Part shown: piece by piece, positions 1-10,448 of the stretch
Position numbering within the stretch: position 1 is the stretch's first letter
How the letters are laid out: each line of letters begins with the position of its first letter
Virus record (IMG/VR): IMGVR_UViG_3300046323_000587
Coordinates: 62,001-126,000 of that record
Length of the DNA: 64,000 nt
Strand: one strand, 5' to 3'
Position numbers and translations under genes: made by a program
The notes under the pieces: generated by a model
Databases searched by the model: none
The model's input: the letters and a program-made list of their open reading frames with translations, nothing else
Told to the model about the DNA's origin: nothing

Positions 1-53
1 TTCCTCACAAAGAAAAAGAAATTAAATATATTACGATAGAATAAAGTAACAAT

Positions 54-92
54 AAAACTCTAACGATTTAATTATTGTTAGAGTTTTTTATT
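54..92 (+). terminator. Intrinsic terminator-like hairpin
   Basis: aaaactctaacgat / attgttagagtttt inverted repeat followed by a T-run, upstream of ORF 142. Confidence 0.65.
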
Positions 93-141
93 TATTAAGA
101 ATACTAGTATTAATCAAATTAAAAATAATTTACTTATATTT

Positions 142-546
142 ATGGAAAATCAATTAGCTATTTGGAATGAAGAATCAAGAAAATCTTTTACTGATGTAGA
201 AAAAAGTGAAGAATATTTTAATTTGAGTCCAAGAGAAGATGAAGGAAATATTGGAACAATGTATTGTATTAGTAATAAATACAATTTAGGAGACTCTCAT
301 ACATTAAATCAAGAAGAGATTATCGAATTAACTAAATCTGTTCCTCATCTACCTTTATTTATTTATGCTCATAGTGGAATATCTATGAATACTTACAAAC
401 AATGTCAATGGGATAGTAGTATGGTAGGATTTATTATCTATGATCAAAAGAAAGCTACTGCTCTTGATTTACATTTATCAGAAGAACAGATTTATAAAAA
501 TTTACAGCAAGAAATTGATGAGTATTCTAATTATTTATCTTATTAG
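142..546 (+). CDS. Conserved hypothetical phage/mobile-element protein
   Basis: 134 aa ORF; motifs SPREDEGNIGTM..KYNLGD, LPLFIYAHSGISM and WDSSMVGFI resemble a recurrent uncharacterised phage/ICE family. Confidence 0.6.
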   Translation: MENQLAIWNEESRKSFTDVEKSEEYFNLSPREDEGNIGTMYCISNKYNLGDSHTLNQEEIIELTKSVPHLPLFIYAHSGISMNTYKQCQWDSSMVGFIIYDQKKATALDLHLSEEQIYKNLQQEIDEYSNYLSY

Positions 547-566
547 AATAAAAAAACCTGTTAGAA

Positions 567-845
567 TTATTTAACAGGTTCGTTTGGTTTATTTAAATCA
601 TCTTCTTTTTGTTTCTCTTTGCCTGAAAAATAAAAATTAACTAAATTGCTTTGTGTAGTAATTATAGCACCTATTAACATACCTATTGCAGCATTAGTTT
701 CAGGTTTTAAAGAATTAGGATTAGTTACTAATGTAAGTAATATAATACCCATAAATAATGTATTTAATCCTAGAAGAAAAGCCCTACTATAAAAGTAATG
801 ATTGACTCTTAATTTATTGTAAGCGTTTTTTATTAGCTCTCCCAT
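567..845 (-). CDS. Small two-TM membrane protein (holin-like)
   Basis: 92 aa with two hydrophobic helices, a FYFSG motif and a charged C-tail. Confidence 0.55.
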   Translation of the reverse strand: MGELIKNAYNKLRVNHYFYSRAFLLGLNTLFMGIILLTLVTNPNSLKPETNAAIGMLIGAIITTQSNLVNFYFSGKEKQKEDDLNKPNEPVK

Positions 846-936
846 AATTGATATGTTTTAAATTGTAATAAGTAAAATAAAATACACTTATTGGTATAAT
901 AAATAATTCTATAACAAATAATCTGTTGTTTAACAT
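814..936 (-). CDS. Small single-TM peptide (40 aa, not in ORF track)
   Basis: ATG at 936 gives MLNNRLFVIELFIIPISVFYFTYYNLKHINYGRANKKRLQ*; overlaps the start of 567..845. Confidence 0.4.
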   Translation of the reverse strand: MLNNRLFVIELFIIPISVFYFTYYNLKHINYGRANKKRLQ

Positions 937-1025
937 AATAGAAGTATTTTAATTGTTTTTAAACATATCTATTTTTAATAATTTGTAATCAAAATTAATT
1001 TTAATTATTTTAAATTATTTTAAAA

Positions 1026-1247
1026 ATGTTTTATACGTATAGAAATTCAATAACAAATGAAGTAGTAGAGATAAGTCATTCAATGAATTATTGTATTGAT
1101 TTAAATAATGAAGAGTTGTTTAATAAATTGCCAGAAAATTTAAAAGAGAGATTGATTATTAACGGAGTAAAATTAAAAAGAATTATAGCTTACGCTCCAG
1201 CTGTTTTAAGTATGAATAGATTTGGTTCAAGTGAACTTAAAAAGTAA
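1026..1247 (+). CDS. Hypothetical protein, FmdB-like layout without the cysteines
   Basis: 73 aa; MFYTYRN...EISHSM ... LKRII.AP resembles FmdB zinc-ribbon proteins but lacks CxxC pairs. Confidence 0.45.
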   Translation: MFYTYRNSITNEVVEISHSMNYCIDLNNEELFNKLPENLKERLIINGVKLKRIIAYAPAVLSMNRFGSSELKK

Positions 1248-1265
1248 TTTTATATTTTAAATTAT

Positions 1266-2399
1266 ATGACAATATTAGAAGAATTGAATAAGTATAAAAA
1301 AGAGAATTTATTTAGTCAAGAGATAATTGAACCAATTTTAAGTAGAACCAACAATGAAATATATCTTAATATCTGTTCTATATTTTCTGTTGTGTTTGGT
1401 TTATCTATTATCACAGTCATTACTGAAAATCAAGAAATAGGGTTTACTGTTGTAGGAATATTTATATTTTTATTATTTATTTTAATTATAAATGAAAAAG
1501 TAAAAGTAAATTATCTTAAAGAATATGGTAAAAATCAATTAACAAAAGATTTAATTGTATCTTTAATTTCTATTGGAATTTCTTTAATTAGTTTGTTTGG
1601 TATTTACGTTAATGTAAATAATTATAATAAGTCTTTAGGTTCTGTAAATCAATTAACACTCAAAGAAGATTCTATGCTAATAAATAAAGTTAATGAAGTA
1701 GAATTAAATAGAAAAACTGTTTTAGAGCGTGTTAATAAAAATAATGAAAGTTATCTAAAAATTAGAAAAGATTACGAAGATCGTAAAAAACAGAATAAAT
1801 TTGAACTTACAGAAGATGATAAAAACATATATAATAAAGCAAATGAAAAATTGCAAGAAGCAATAGATAAAGAAATTAAAAAAATTGATGATAAAATTAT
1901 TGAGTTAAAAAAATCAAATGAATTAAAAAAACAACAGTTAATTCAAAATATTTCAAATAGTTCTAGTAGAACTTTATATGTAGCATTAATCTTTATGGGT
2001 TTGAGTTTTATTATTGAATTAGCTATTATTCTGTTGTCTTATTTTGAAGGTAGAAATTTAAGAGAGTATGAAATAAAACTGAATAACTATAAAAAACTTA
2101 AAAAGCAACAAGAAGAGGAAAGAAAGGTTGCTATTGAAAATAGTGAAGAAGTTAAATTAATGAAAAAATGCTTAGAAATAATTAAACGTTTATTTTTATT
2201 ATCAGAAACTAATGTTACAAAACAAACTCTTTTAGAAATGTCTATTGGTAATAAAAAAGATGTTGATATTATTTATACATTATTTAAAAAACTTGAAATT
2301 ATATCTTTTGGAAATAGAAACATTACTTTAATTCCTAAAAAAGAAATTGAAGCAATAAAAATTATTGATAATTATTTTACTAATTTAATAAATGTTTAA
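1266..2399 (+). CDS. Membrane protein with long coiled coil
   Basis: 377 aa; about three N-terminal TM helices, K/E-rich coiled coil, a further TM, soluble C-terminal domain. Confidence 0.7.
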   Translation: MTILEELNKYKKENLFSQEIIEPILSRTNNEIYLNICSIFSVVFGLSIITVITENQEIGFTVVGIFIFLLFILIINEKVKVNYLKEYGKNQLTKDLIVSLISIGISLISLFGIYVNVNNYNKSLGSVNQLTLKEDSMLINKVNEVELNRKTVLERVNKNNESYLKIRKDYEDRKKQNKFELTEDDKNIYNKANEKLQEAIDKEIKKIDDKIIELKKSNELKKQQLIQNISNSSSRTLYVALIFMGLSFIIELAIILLSYFEGRNLREYEIKLNNYKKLKKQQEEERKVAIENSEEVKLMKKCLEIIKRLFLLSETNVTKQTLLEMSIGNKKDVDIIYTLFKKLEIISFGNRNITLIPKKEIEAIKIIDNYFTNLINV

Positions 2400-2404
2400 T
2401 TAAT

Positions 2405-2827
2405 ATGAAACCAGTATACGTAATTCCAAAATACGGAGTAAGACTAGTAAAAAGTGAAAAAACAAATAAATTCTATGATTTAATAGAATTAACTTCAGCA
2501 AATGAATTTAAAAGAGAAAAATTTACAGACTCTCAAATTCATTATAGTACAAGAACTCTTGCAGATAATAAAATAGAGCAAACTATTACATTTTTAGATT
2601 TAGAAGCAAATCAGGAAAGATTTTTAACTAAACACAGTGGTAAAAATCTTTTATTTATATTTGAAGAAAATACTACTTTGACTGATTTTGTTTATGTTAT
2701 TATAGGTAATGAGGGACCAGACGGAGCTTTTATGCAACCTAGAAAAGGACCTTCTATTACTTTTAGACATATTTGTACAGAAATTCAATTGTTTGATACA
2801 AATAAATTAAATACAATTTTAAGTTAA
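2405..2827 (+). CDS. Hypothetical protein
   Basis: 140 aa ORF in a co-directional cluster. Confidence 0.65.
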   Translation: MKPVYVIPKYGVRLVKSEKTNKFYDLIELTSANEFKREKFTDSQIHYSTRTLADNKIEQTITFLDLEANQERFLTKHSGKNLLFIFEENTTLTDFVYVIIGNEGPDGAFMQPRKGPSITFRHICTEIQLFDTNKLNTILS

Positions 2828-2877
2828 TTAAATTTTAAAATTATTTTATTTATTAAACTAAAACCAATTTAATTAAA

Positions 2878-3147
2878 ATGGAAAACTTCAATTTAGATTT
2901 TATAACAGGACTAGGGGAATTATTTTCTTCTAGTTCTGTTATTTATTTAGTAGAAAAGAATCAAAATATTCCTGTATTAACTATTAATAATAATACTTTA
3001 AAAAAAGTATTTTATGATAAATTTTCTCAAGAATTAATTTTTAAAGAAAATTTTATTATTAATAATGTTTCTAAATTATCTAGTTTAAAGTTTTCATTGT
3101 TTAATGAAACAGAATTATTACTTTATTTAAAATTTGATAACAAATGA
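2878..3147 (+). CDS. Hypothetical protein
   Basis: 89 aa ORF with ATGA overlap into the next gene. Confidence 0.55.
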   Translation: MENFNLDFITGLGELFSSSSVIYLVEKNQNIPVLTINNNTLKKVFYDKFSQELIFKENFIINNVSKLSSLKFSLFNETELLLYLKFDNK

Positions 3148-3482
3148 AAGAACAATATTTTATAGCCGTAGTTAGTTTATATCATCAATATTTTAGAAAT
3201 AAATTAGAAAAGTACACTAAAATTGAAGCTCTTGAAGAATCTCTTACTAATAATTTTGAGTTATTTACAGAAGTATTTGTAAAAATATTGTTTAATTTAG
3301 GTCACGCACCTGAAATAGTTGGAGGAATTAGGTTTAAATCTCTTGATAAGGAAGATAAATATGTTACATTAGAATATTTACCTTGCAAAGCATTAACAGA
3401 TTTATTTTTAAGTAGCACTATTTCAAAAGCATACTATATTTCAAATATTAAGAAACTAAATACTATTATAAATAATGAATAA
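3144..3482 (+). CDS. Hypothetical protein
   Basis: 112 aa ORF overlapping both neighbours. Confidence 0.6.
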   Translation: MKEQYFIAVVSLYHQYFRNKLEKYTKIEALEESLTNNFELFTEVFVKILFNLGHAPEIVGGIRFKSLDKEDKYVTLEYLPCKALTDLFLSSTISKAYYISNIKKLNTIINNE

Positions 3483-3885
3483 ATTGGAGTTATTTAACTT
3501 GTCTTTAGAGAATTCTTGGGAAAATATTTGTATTGCATTAAATCATTTATTTGATAATTATTACAATGAATTACCTATTTTAGAAGAAAATGAAAGAAAA
3601 AAGCTAATTAACCAAGTAGAATTTTATGGTAAATTTTTATTAGATAAAGAAAATTTACCTAACTATTATACAATAGATTTATTAAAACACACTTCATTAA
3701 TTTCTCATTATATTTTAAAAGAATATTTTAAACCTGAAACAGAATTAAGTAGACAAAAGAGAGCAAATAAAAAAGCTAAGTTAATTTTTAACAGTTTAAA
3801 ATTAGAAGGTATCTCAATTAAATCAAATAAGAAATTTTCTAAAAAAATTAATAAAGAATTTAAATATAAAACTTACGAAGACTAA
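3475..3885 (+). CDS. Hypothetical protein
   Basis: 136 aa ORF with a basic C-terminus. Confidence 0.6.
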   Translation: MNKLELFNLSLENSWENICIALNHLFDNYYNELPILEENERKKLINQVEFYGKFLLDKENLPNYYTIDLLKHTSLISHYILKEYFKPETELSRQKRANKKAKLIFNSLKLEGISIKSNKKFSKKINKEFKYKTYED

Positions 3886-4022
3886 TGTTTCAAATAACTG
3901 TATTAAATTCTTGGGGTTCTCAAGATATCTTATGTAAAAATTTAAAGTTGTTAAAATTTAAAATAAATCAATCTCTTATACTAAACAATAAAATTTTACA
4001 CACTAAATATATAAAAAAATGA
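3885..4022 (+). CDS. Small hypothetical protein (45 aa, not in ORF track)
   Basis: TAATG overlap with the upstream stop and ATGA overlap with the downstream start; MFQITVLNSWGSQDILCKN... Confidence 0.5.
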   Translation: MFQITVLNSWGSQDILCKNLKLLKFKINQSLILNNKILHTKYIKK

Positions 4023-4657
4023 AAATACAAGAACTAGAAAAATTGTTTTCTAACCTATACAATATTTTTGAAGGTAAATTAATCAGTTTACAAAAATTAA
4101 ATGAATTAAAACTTGATATACAAAATATAGATGAAACATTAAAAAAATTTCCTGGAAATAAAATAAATTGTTCTTTACTTTCTTATAGAAAAACAGAAGA
4201 ATTATATTTAGTTAAATATTCTTTATTATTAATAAACAAAGAATTAATTGAATTATCTATTTCAGATAACAAAGTAAACAAAAAATATTTTGATTCTACT
4301 TATAATTTTATTAATAGTAGAAAACAAGAATTAATTTTAAATGGTAAAATTAAAGAAGAGAGATTTCCTTTATTTACTTATGAGTATTTGAAATCAATTG
4401 ATAAATTTATTAGAAAAGAAACAATTATTTATTTAGATAGAATAATTAATATTTTAAGTTTATCTTCTTCTCAAAATTGGATTAATTTTAGAAAAAAAAA
4501 ATTATCTAAACAAGAGACTATTGAAAAAACTATTAAATTATTAGAAGATAAAAAACAAACTATAACAGAAAAACATATTAAATCTATTGCTTTATTAGAC
4601 ACACAAATAAGTTACTTTAAAAGTCTTACAAAAGAGGTTCAAACTAAGTCTAAGTAA
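4019..4657 (+). CDS. Hypothetical protein
   Basis: 212 aa ORF. Confidence 0.65.
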   Translation: MKIQELEKLFSNLYNIFEGKLISLQKLNELKLDIQNIDETLKKFPGNKINCSLLSYRKTEELYLVKYSLLLINKELIELSISDNKVNKKYFDSTYNFINSRKQELILNGKIKEERFPLFTYEYLKSIDKFIRKETIIYLDRIINILSLSSSQNWINFRKKKLSKQETIEKTIKLLEDKKQTITEKHIKSIALLDTQISYFKSLTKEVQTKSK

Positions 4658-4685
4658 TAAGTAATAAGTAATAAGTAATAAGTAC
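4651..4685 (+). repeat. Tandem heptamer (TAAGTAA)x4 plus TAAGTAC
   Basis: Read directly; overlaps the stop codon of 4019..4657. Confidence 0.85.
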
Positions 4686-4760
4686 TAACTAAATTGATTT
4701 ATTAGATTCATTATTATTAATTATTAATAAAAACTTTCACTTTTAAACTACTTTAAATTT

Positions 4761-5369
4761 ATGGTAAACGTTGCAAATAAAATTGAAACTTCTATTGAAC
4801 AAAAAAATACTTTTGCATATTCTTTAAAAGAACAAGATTTAGTAACATCATTAGAAAATAATTTACCAAATACACTATTAAATAATATTTCTAGTCCAAT
4901 CAAAAACTCTTTTACAACTACATTTAATCCATTTAACAAGATGTCTTTCAGTTTAAAAGAAATTTATCATCAATTAAATGAAACTCAAAGTTCAACAGAG
5001 TTACTTGAAATTGTAAAAGAGTTTGTAACTGCTGCAACAAAAGAATATAAAATATTTAAAGATTCTGAAAATTATATCAAACAAGATAAACTAGAAGAAT
5101 TTGAATATTCTTTGACTAATCAAAATTACTTTGATAATTTTATTCTTGAATTGAGTAATTATTACGAATTTTCAATAAAGGAATTGAATTTAGAAACTCG
5201 TTCAATTACTTACATTAAAACAATTATTTCAAAACACCATAAAAAACAAATTAGGCAAAAATTCAACGATTTAAATTTTTTAATTAATGAAATTTACAAC
5301 CAATTTCAATTTATTTTAAGTGAAGTTGATTTTATATTAGTATTAAGTAGAATTCCTTTTTATATTTAA
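4761..5369 (+). CDS. Hypothetical protein
   Basis: 202 aa ORF. Confidence 0.6.
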   Translation: MVNVANKIETSIEQKNTFAYSLKEQDLVTSLENNLPNTLLNNISSPIKNSFTTTFNPFNKMSFSLKEIYHQLNETQSSTELLEIVKEFVTAATKEYKIFKDSENYIKQDKLEEFEYSLTNQNYFDNFILELSNYYEFSIKELNLETRSITYIKTIISKHHKKQIRQKFNDLNFLINEIYNQFQFILSEVDFILVLSRIPFYI

Positions 5370-5424
5370 TACAATACTCAATACTTAATATTCAATATTA
5401 ATATTTATAATTTTAAAACAATAT

Positions 5425-6030
5425 ATGAGCAATATTACATACAGACCTAATATAACTACAATGATTCCTTCTTTTAATAAAAACAAAGAAGGGATTTTGT
5501 TATTAAATTTAAGTTGCATAAAAGAACAAAAAAATTCTATTGTTAAAGAAGTATTTTTACACTTTCCTAAAATAAAAGACTTGCACGAAGATTATTATAA
5601 TAATGCAACTTTATTAGATAATACATTAGAACAACTACTTTTATTGTATCCTAAAATAAATAAAAATTATATAAAATTATTAGAAAGTTCTATTACAAAT
5701 TATTCTTTGTTAGGTACTACAATTAAATTGCAGATATTTGATAATAAATGGATTATTTGTTGTTATACTACTCTTTCTGAGAATGTAGATTTTGAATATG
5801 AATTAAATTCTTTTGATTTTAAATATAAATTTTTATGTAATTGTTTTAATAGTTTACTTTCTAGCACAGATTCTGAATTTACATCACAATTAAAAAACGA
5901 CAGTAAAATATTTACTTATCCTTTATTATTTGATAACGGAGAATTATTGTTTTATAATAAACAAAAAAACAAAAACTTGATTTTTTTATTAAATAATTTT
6001 AATAAACGTATATTTTATTTTTATACTTAA
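5425..6030 (+). CDS. Hypothetical protein
   Basis: 201 aa ORF. Confidence 0.6.
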   Translation: MSNITYRPNITTMIPSFNKNKEGILLLNLSCIKEQKNSIVKEVFLHFPKIKDLHEDYYNNATLLDNTLEQLLLLYPKINKNYIKLLESSITNYSLLGTTIKLQIFDNKWIICCYTTLSENVDFEYELNSFDFKYKFLCNCFNSLLSSTDSEFTSQLKNDSKIFTYPLLFDNGELLFYNKQKNKNLIFLLNNFNKRIFYFYT

Positions 6031-6063
6031 ATTTTTAATTAGTGTTTATTTAATATTTAATTA

Positions 6064-6465
6064 ATGTCTAAATCATTATATGAAACATATCAAATAACTG
6101 AACAAACTTTAAAGTATCTCAATAAAGATTTATTAGAATGTTCTATTATTATTGCTTTTGAAGGAATTACAGAAAATATTGTAAAATATGTAGATTTATT
6201 AGAAGTGTTTTTAGAAGATAATAAATTAGTTTATTGTTCATGTGTAGATTTTGAAGATAAATTTACTTTGAATACTTTGATGTATAATTTTAAAATACTA
6301 GATATTCAATTTTCATTAGATTATTTAATTGAGTTAGGGTTAATTAATTTATTAAGTTTATTTCCTTATGATTTTGTTGAATTTGCTTTAGCTTACAAGC
6401 TTGAAAAAATCAATTTATCTAAAAAAATGTTTCACCATATTAAATTTGTAATAAAATATGAGTAA
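6064..6465 (+). CDS. Hypothetical protein
   Basis: 133 aa ORF. Confidence 0.6.
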   Translation: MSKSLYETYQITEQTLKYLNKDLLECSIIIAFEGITENIVKYVDLLEVFLEDNKLVYCSCVDFEDKFTLNTLMYNFKILDIQFSLDYLIELGLINLLSLFPYDFVEFALAYKLEKINLSKKMFHHIKFVIKYE

Positions 6466-6625
6466 TAAAAAAGGATTTATTTATAATGGTAAAATATCAA
6501 AAATTTTACATTTTTTAAGACTAAATTATACAGAACAATTTATTTATGAGGCTTTAATTGGAACTAAGTACGCAACTACATTAAAATACATTAAACAAGT
6601 AAAAAACGAATACCATGAAAATTAA
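6458..6625 (+). CDS. Small hypothetical protein (55 aa, not in ORF track)
   Basis: MSNKKGFIYNGKISK...; fills the gap and overlaps both neighbours. Confidence 0.5.
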   Translation: MSNKKGFIYNGKISKILHFLRLNYTEQFIYEALIGTKYATTLKYIKQVKNEYHEN

Positions 6626-7073
6626 TTTAAGCAAGTTTAAAAATTATGTGCTGCCTCCAACTGAAACAACAGATTGGACAGTAAATATTAAAGAAATAGA
6701 AGATTATGTAAATTCTTTTGATATTAATATTAATAACACAATTAATACAAAATTTAGCCAAAAGAATTTAGTTGATTTGCATCAAGTTAATAGTATACTA
6801 ACTTCAAATAATTATAATTCTATTAAATATATTGAAACTTTTTCTAATCAAAATCTAGCTATGTTAGTAAATAAACTTAAAAATTATTTTATTATTACAA
6901 CACAAAACAAAGGTCTTGTAAATATCTATTTCTGTGATTATGCAAGAAACATACAATACTTTCTTACTACTATTGATTTATTAAAGTCAATAGAAAATAA
7001 AGAAAAAGCTGTAGAAGTATATATAGAACAATTAAATATTTTAGACTTGATAGAAAAATATAAGATTGAATAA
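6615..7073 (+). CDS. Hypothetical protein
   Basis: 152 aa ORF. Confidence 0.6.
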   Translation: MKINLSKFKNYVLPPTETTDWTVNIKEIEDYVNSFDININNTINTKFSQKNLVDLHQVNSILTSNNYNSIKYIETFSNQNLAMLVNKLKNYFIITTQNKGLVNIYFCDYARNIQYFLTTIDLLKSIENKEKAVEVYIEQLNILDLIEKYKIE

Positions 7074-7126
7074 ATTTATCAAAATAAAATAAAGTTTGAG
7101 TACAATTAACCATAATATTATTATGA

Positions 7127-7549
7127 ATGACCACAATTAAAAATGTGTCTGGAGTTACTAAACCACAGCTTCAGGTACTAGGTTTATATATTACAAAACT
7201 TTTACATAGATATCTATATAAAGGTCACAGCAAAGAGTTTTTAGAAGAAATATTTTTAACAATGATGGAAAGTGATATTGAACCCAGTATATGTGCAAAG
7301 AATATGAAATATGTACATAATATCACAAATAAAGACAGATTTAATACCTTTGAAATTTTAGCAGGTTTAAAAAATGATGAAGAATTGCCTGCTATTTATT
7401 TTCAAATGTGGCATTATCTACAAGTTTTGCCTCAAGCTATAAGTGTTACAATAGAACAAATAAAACTCTTTATTTTATCTAAAGCAACAACAGAACCAAA
7501 TGAAGATATTTCAGAATTAAAAAAGTATATTAACAATATCTTAACTTAA
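7127..7549 (+). CDS. Hypothetical protein
   Basis: 140 aa ORF. Confidence 0.65.
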   Translation: MTTIKNVSGVTKPQLQVLGLYITKLLHRYLYKGHSKEFLEEIFLTMMESDIEPSICAKNMKYVHNITNKDRFNTFEILAGLKNDEELPAIYFQMWHYLQVLPQAISVTIEQIKLFILSKATTEPNEDISELKKYINNILT

Positions 7550-7641
7550 TTGTATTTAAGTATTCTTAAATTAAATTATTTAGTTTCAATATTACATTTT
7601 ATTACAGTTTTCTTATTTTCCACTTTTAATTTTTTATATTT

Positions 7642-8193
7642 ATGATTAGTAATTATCATTTTACAGCAAATTATTTTAGAAATAAACACAGATTTAATTT
7701 TTCTTCTAATTACAATGGTCAAGGTAACGGATTACCAGAATTTAAAAATGAGTCAGAACAAAAACAAAATCTAATTGATTTAATCCTTGCATTAGAAAAA
7801 AATAACATTCAAAATAATTATTACTATAAAAAATTAGCTAGACATAGTGCTGTATCATTACAAAATAATATAGATTATAATTATCTTATTGCAAAAGGTT
7901 ATGAAGTTTTAATGGAACATATTAAAGCCGAATATAAATATAAATCTTTAGCAGTAAAAGAAAAACGAGATTATCAACAAAAAATTTACGTTGGAGATAT
8001 CCCTAATTGTAAATCAGATTACAATTATTTTATTATGAAATCCTTAGAATATAAAAATAAAGCAAAATCAATTATTCAAGAAGTAGAAAATACTATTCAA
8101 GATAAATCTATTTTTACAACTACTTGGAATAAAACTCAACACGATAAATATTTTAATTCTTATTTTAATTATAGTAAACATTATAGAAACTAG
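7642..8193 (+). CDS. Hypothetical protein
   Basis: 183 aa ORF. Confidence 0.65.
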   Translation: MISNYHFTANYFRNKHRFNFSSNYNGQGNGLPEFKNESEQKQNLIDLILALEKNNIQNNYYYKKLARHSAVSLQNNIDYNYLIAKGYEVLMEHIKAEYKYKSLAVKEKRDYQQKIYVGDIPNCKSDYNYFIMKSLEYKNKAKSIIQEVENTIQDKSIFTTTWNKTQHDKYFNSYFNYSKHYRN

Positions 8194-8314
8194 TTTTTTT
8201 TATAAAGACAATTAAACATTAAACAATTAAAACTTACAATTATATATTCATTTATTAATCAAGCTTGTTATTCATTAATTCAATTATTTAACAATTTTTA
8301 ATTTAAAATATCTT

Positions 8315-9115
8315 ATGACATATATCGTAAAATTAGCAACTATTACAAAAAAATATACAGTAAAAGCAAATACTACAGCAGATTCAACAGTTACACCATC
8401 TTCAGAAAACACAGAATCAAAAATTGTAAGTAAAGATTTTGATGGCGTTAATGGATATAAAAAAGTATACAATAAAAAATTAAATAAAACTAATTATATG
8501 CCAATAGAAGGAATTTTATCTTTTAATAATAAAAAATTTTCTTTAAATAAACCAGTAGAAGTAAAAATTAATGACAATTTATATAAAGGCTTTATCCCAA
8601 AAGATGCAAAAATAGATGACAATAATTATAAAGTAAGATATAAAACCAATGAAGGAAAAGAATTAGAACAAATTTTTAATATTTCTGATATTGTAGATAA
8701 CACATTTGTTCCTAAATTAGATGTATATTATAATGCAGTTAAAGATGAAACTTTTATGTTTAGTCCTTATAGATTGACTACAAATAAAGGAGAAGATAAA
8801 GATTTAATTCCTGAAGAAATTTCTAGTTTATATAATAGATTTTTTAAAGAAGATAGAAATTATTATTTAAGTTCTGTTCCAGCAGAAGTAAGAGAATTAT
8901 TTGAAAAATATTACAAACCAACTGGTTCTTATTACAGAGATAGGTCTATGAGTAAATATCCAAATGAATTTGTATTAAAAACAAAAGAATATGGTAAAAA
9001 AGTATTCTTTACTGTTCCAAAAGAGTATCTAGAACGTATTAGTGTGTTTTATAGAATTATGTCTGAAACAGACGAAAGAGAAGTTAATTTTCTAAAAAAA
9101 TTTCTTTATAAATAA
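8315..9115 (+). CDS. Hypothetical protein
   Basis: 266 aa ORF followed by a terminator. Confidence 0.7.
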   Translation: MTYIVKLATITKKYTVKANTTADSTVTPSSENTESKIVSKDFDGVNGYKKVYNKKLNKTNYMPIEGILSFNNKKFSLNKPVEVKINDNLYKGFIPKDAKIDDNNYKVRYKTNEGKELEQIFNISDIVDNTFVPKLDVYYNAVKDETFMFSPYRLTTNKGEDKDLIPEEISSLYNRFFKEDRNYYLSSVPAEVRELFEKYYKPTGSYYRDRSMSKYPNEFVLKTKEYGKKVFFTVPKEYLERISVFYRIMSETDEREVNFLKKFLYK

Positions 9116-9172
9116 ACCGCTTTATTAAATTATACTATTATACTATTAAATTATTAAACTATCAATTTCAAG

Positions 9173-9213
9173 AACCTTTAAATTTTGATTAATTCATTAT
9201 TTAAAGGTTTTTT
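9173..9213 (+). terminator. Intrinsic terminator
   Basis: aacctttaaat / atttaaaggtt stem plus T-run. Confidence 0.65.
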
Positions 9214-9278
9214 ATTGTTTTAAACTTAAAATTTAAACTTTTTAAATCACTATTAAATTACTGTAAATAAAAAAATTA

Positions 9279-9854
9279 ATGAATATACTAGATAATATTA
9301 AACCAATTTCAATTAAAGAATTAGTAAATTTTTATATTACATTTCCAGAACTAGCTTGTCAAATAGGTTATATTGTCAATGATTGTAAGTTATCAACTAG
9401 AGATGAATTATTATTTTCAAATAAAACACTTGTAAGTACAGTTATAGGACAATTAGAAGAAATTATTAAAGGTTCAAGCGAAATTAGAATACAAAAAAGC
9501 AAAACTGATTTAATTTCAGAGATCAAAAATTCTTATGAAGAAACTAAATTAAATAAAACAAGTTTAAATAATATTCTATTAGGTAAATATATTGAAAAAG
9601 ATTTTAATACAAAGCAACTATTCTCTATTGTTTGTTTAGAAGATGCTTTTAATACTTCTATTATAAAAGAAATTACAGAAGAATATAAAACAGCTGTTGG
9701 TATTTATTATTGTTTAATAAAGGATATTTATAATGATGAATTAGATCCTACAATTAGTAACTTTGAATTTAAACATTTAAATAGAAATTTTACTTTTAAG
9801 GTGGAAGATTGTAAAGATTGTATAAATTATTTAGAAGAAAATATTATAAAATAA
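9279..9854 (+). CDS. Hypothetical protein
   Basis: 191 aa ORF. Confidence 0.65.
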   Translation: MNILDNIKPISIKELVNFYITFPELACQIGYIVNDCKLSTRDELLFSNKTLVSTVIGQLEEIIKGSSEIRIQKSKTDLISEIKNSYEETKLNKTSLNNILLGKYIEKDFNTKQLFSIVCLEDAFNTSIIKEITEEYKTAVGIYYCLIKDIYNDELDPTISNFEFKHLNRNFTFKVEDCKDCINYLEENIIK

Positions 9855-9875
9855 AATAATCAACATAACTTAAAA

Positions 9876-10448
9876 ATGATTGAAACAGCTATTATTGATT
9901 CATACTCTTCTAGTAAAGGGTATGAATTATTATTACAAAGTGAAAAAGGGTTTAAGTATGTTTTATTTTCATTTCCAACTATTACAGATAAAACTACAAT
10001 AGATTATGAAAATTTAATGGTACATTTAGAACAAATACAAACTACTGTATATTTTAAATGTAAATCTATATTTGAAGTTCAAGATAAAATTATTAATAAT
10101 AAATTTGATTTAGTTTATAATACAAAAAGAACTGCAAATTTAAAAGCACCTAATAATGAAGAAGTAGAATATGAATATCCAATAAATAAATCAATGGAAT
10201 TTTATCATATTCAAAGAAATATTAGTTTTAGTCCTTTTGTACTTGATCAAGAAGGTCTATTTCATAAAGGATACAATAAAAATGTTTATTACAGTAATAG
10301 ATTGATAGTCGATTATCATCCAGATATTGAACCAAATCCTTGGAAGAAATATAATATAGGTGTAAATTTTTTACAAAAACAATATACAAAGATTTATCAA
10401 GATAACATAAAACAATTTACATTTGAAGAAAATGAAATATATATCTAA
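9876..10448 (+). CDS. Hypothetical protein
   Basis: 190 aa ORF overlapping the polymerase start. Confidence 0.65.
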   Translation: MIETAIIDSYSSSKGYELLLQSEKGFKYVLFSFPTITDKTTIDYENLMVHLEQIQTTVYFKCKSIFEVQDKIINNKFDLVYNTKRTANLKAPNNEEVEYEYPINKSMEFYHIQRNISFSPFVLDQEGLFHKGYNKNVYYSNRLIVDYHPDIEPNPWKKYNIGVNFLQKQYTKIYQDNIKQFTFEENEIYI

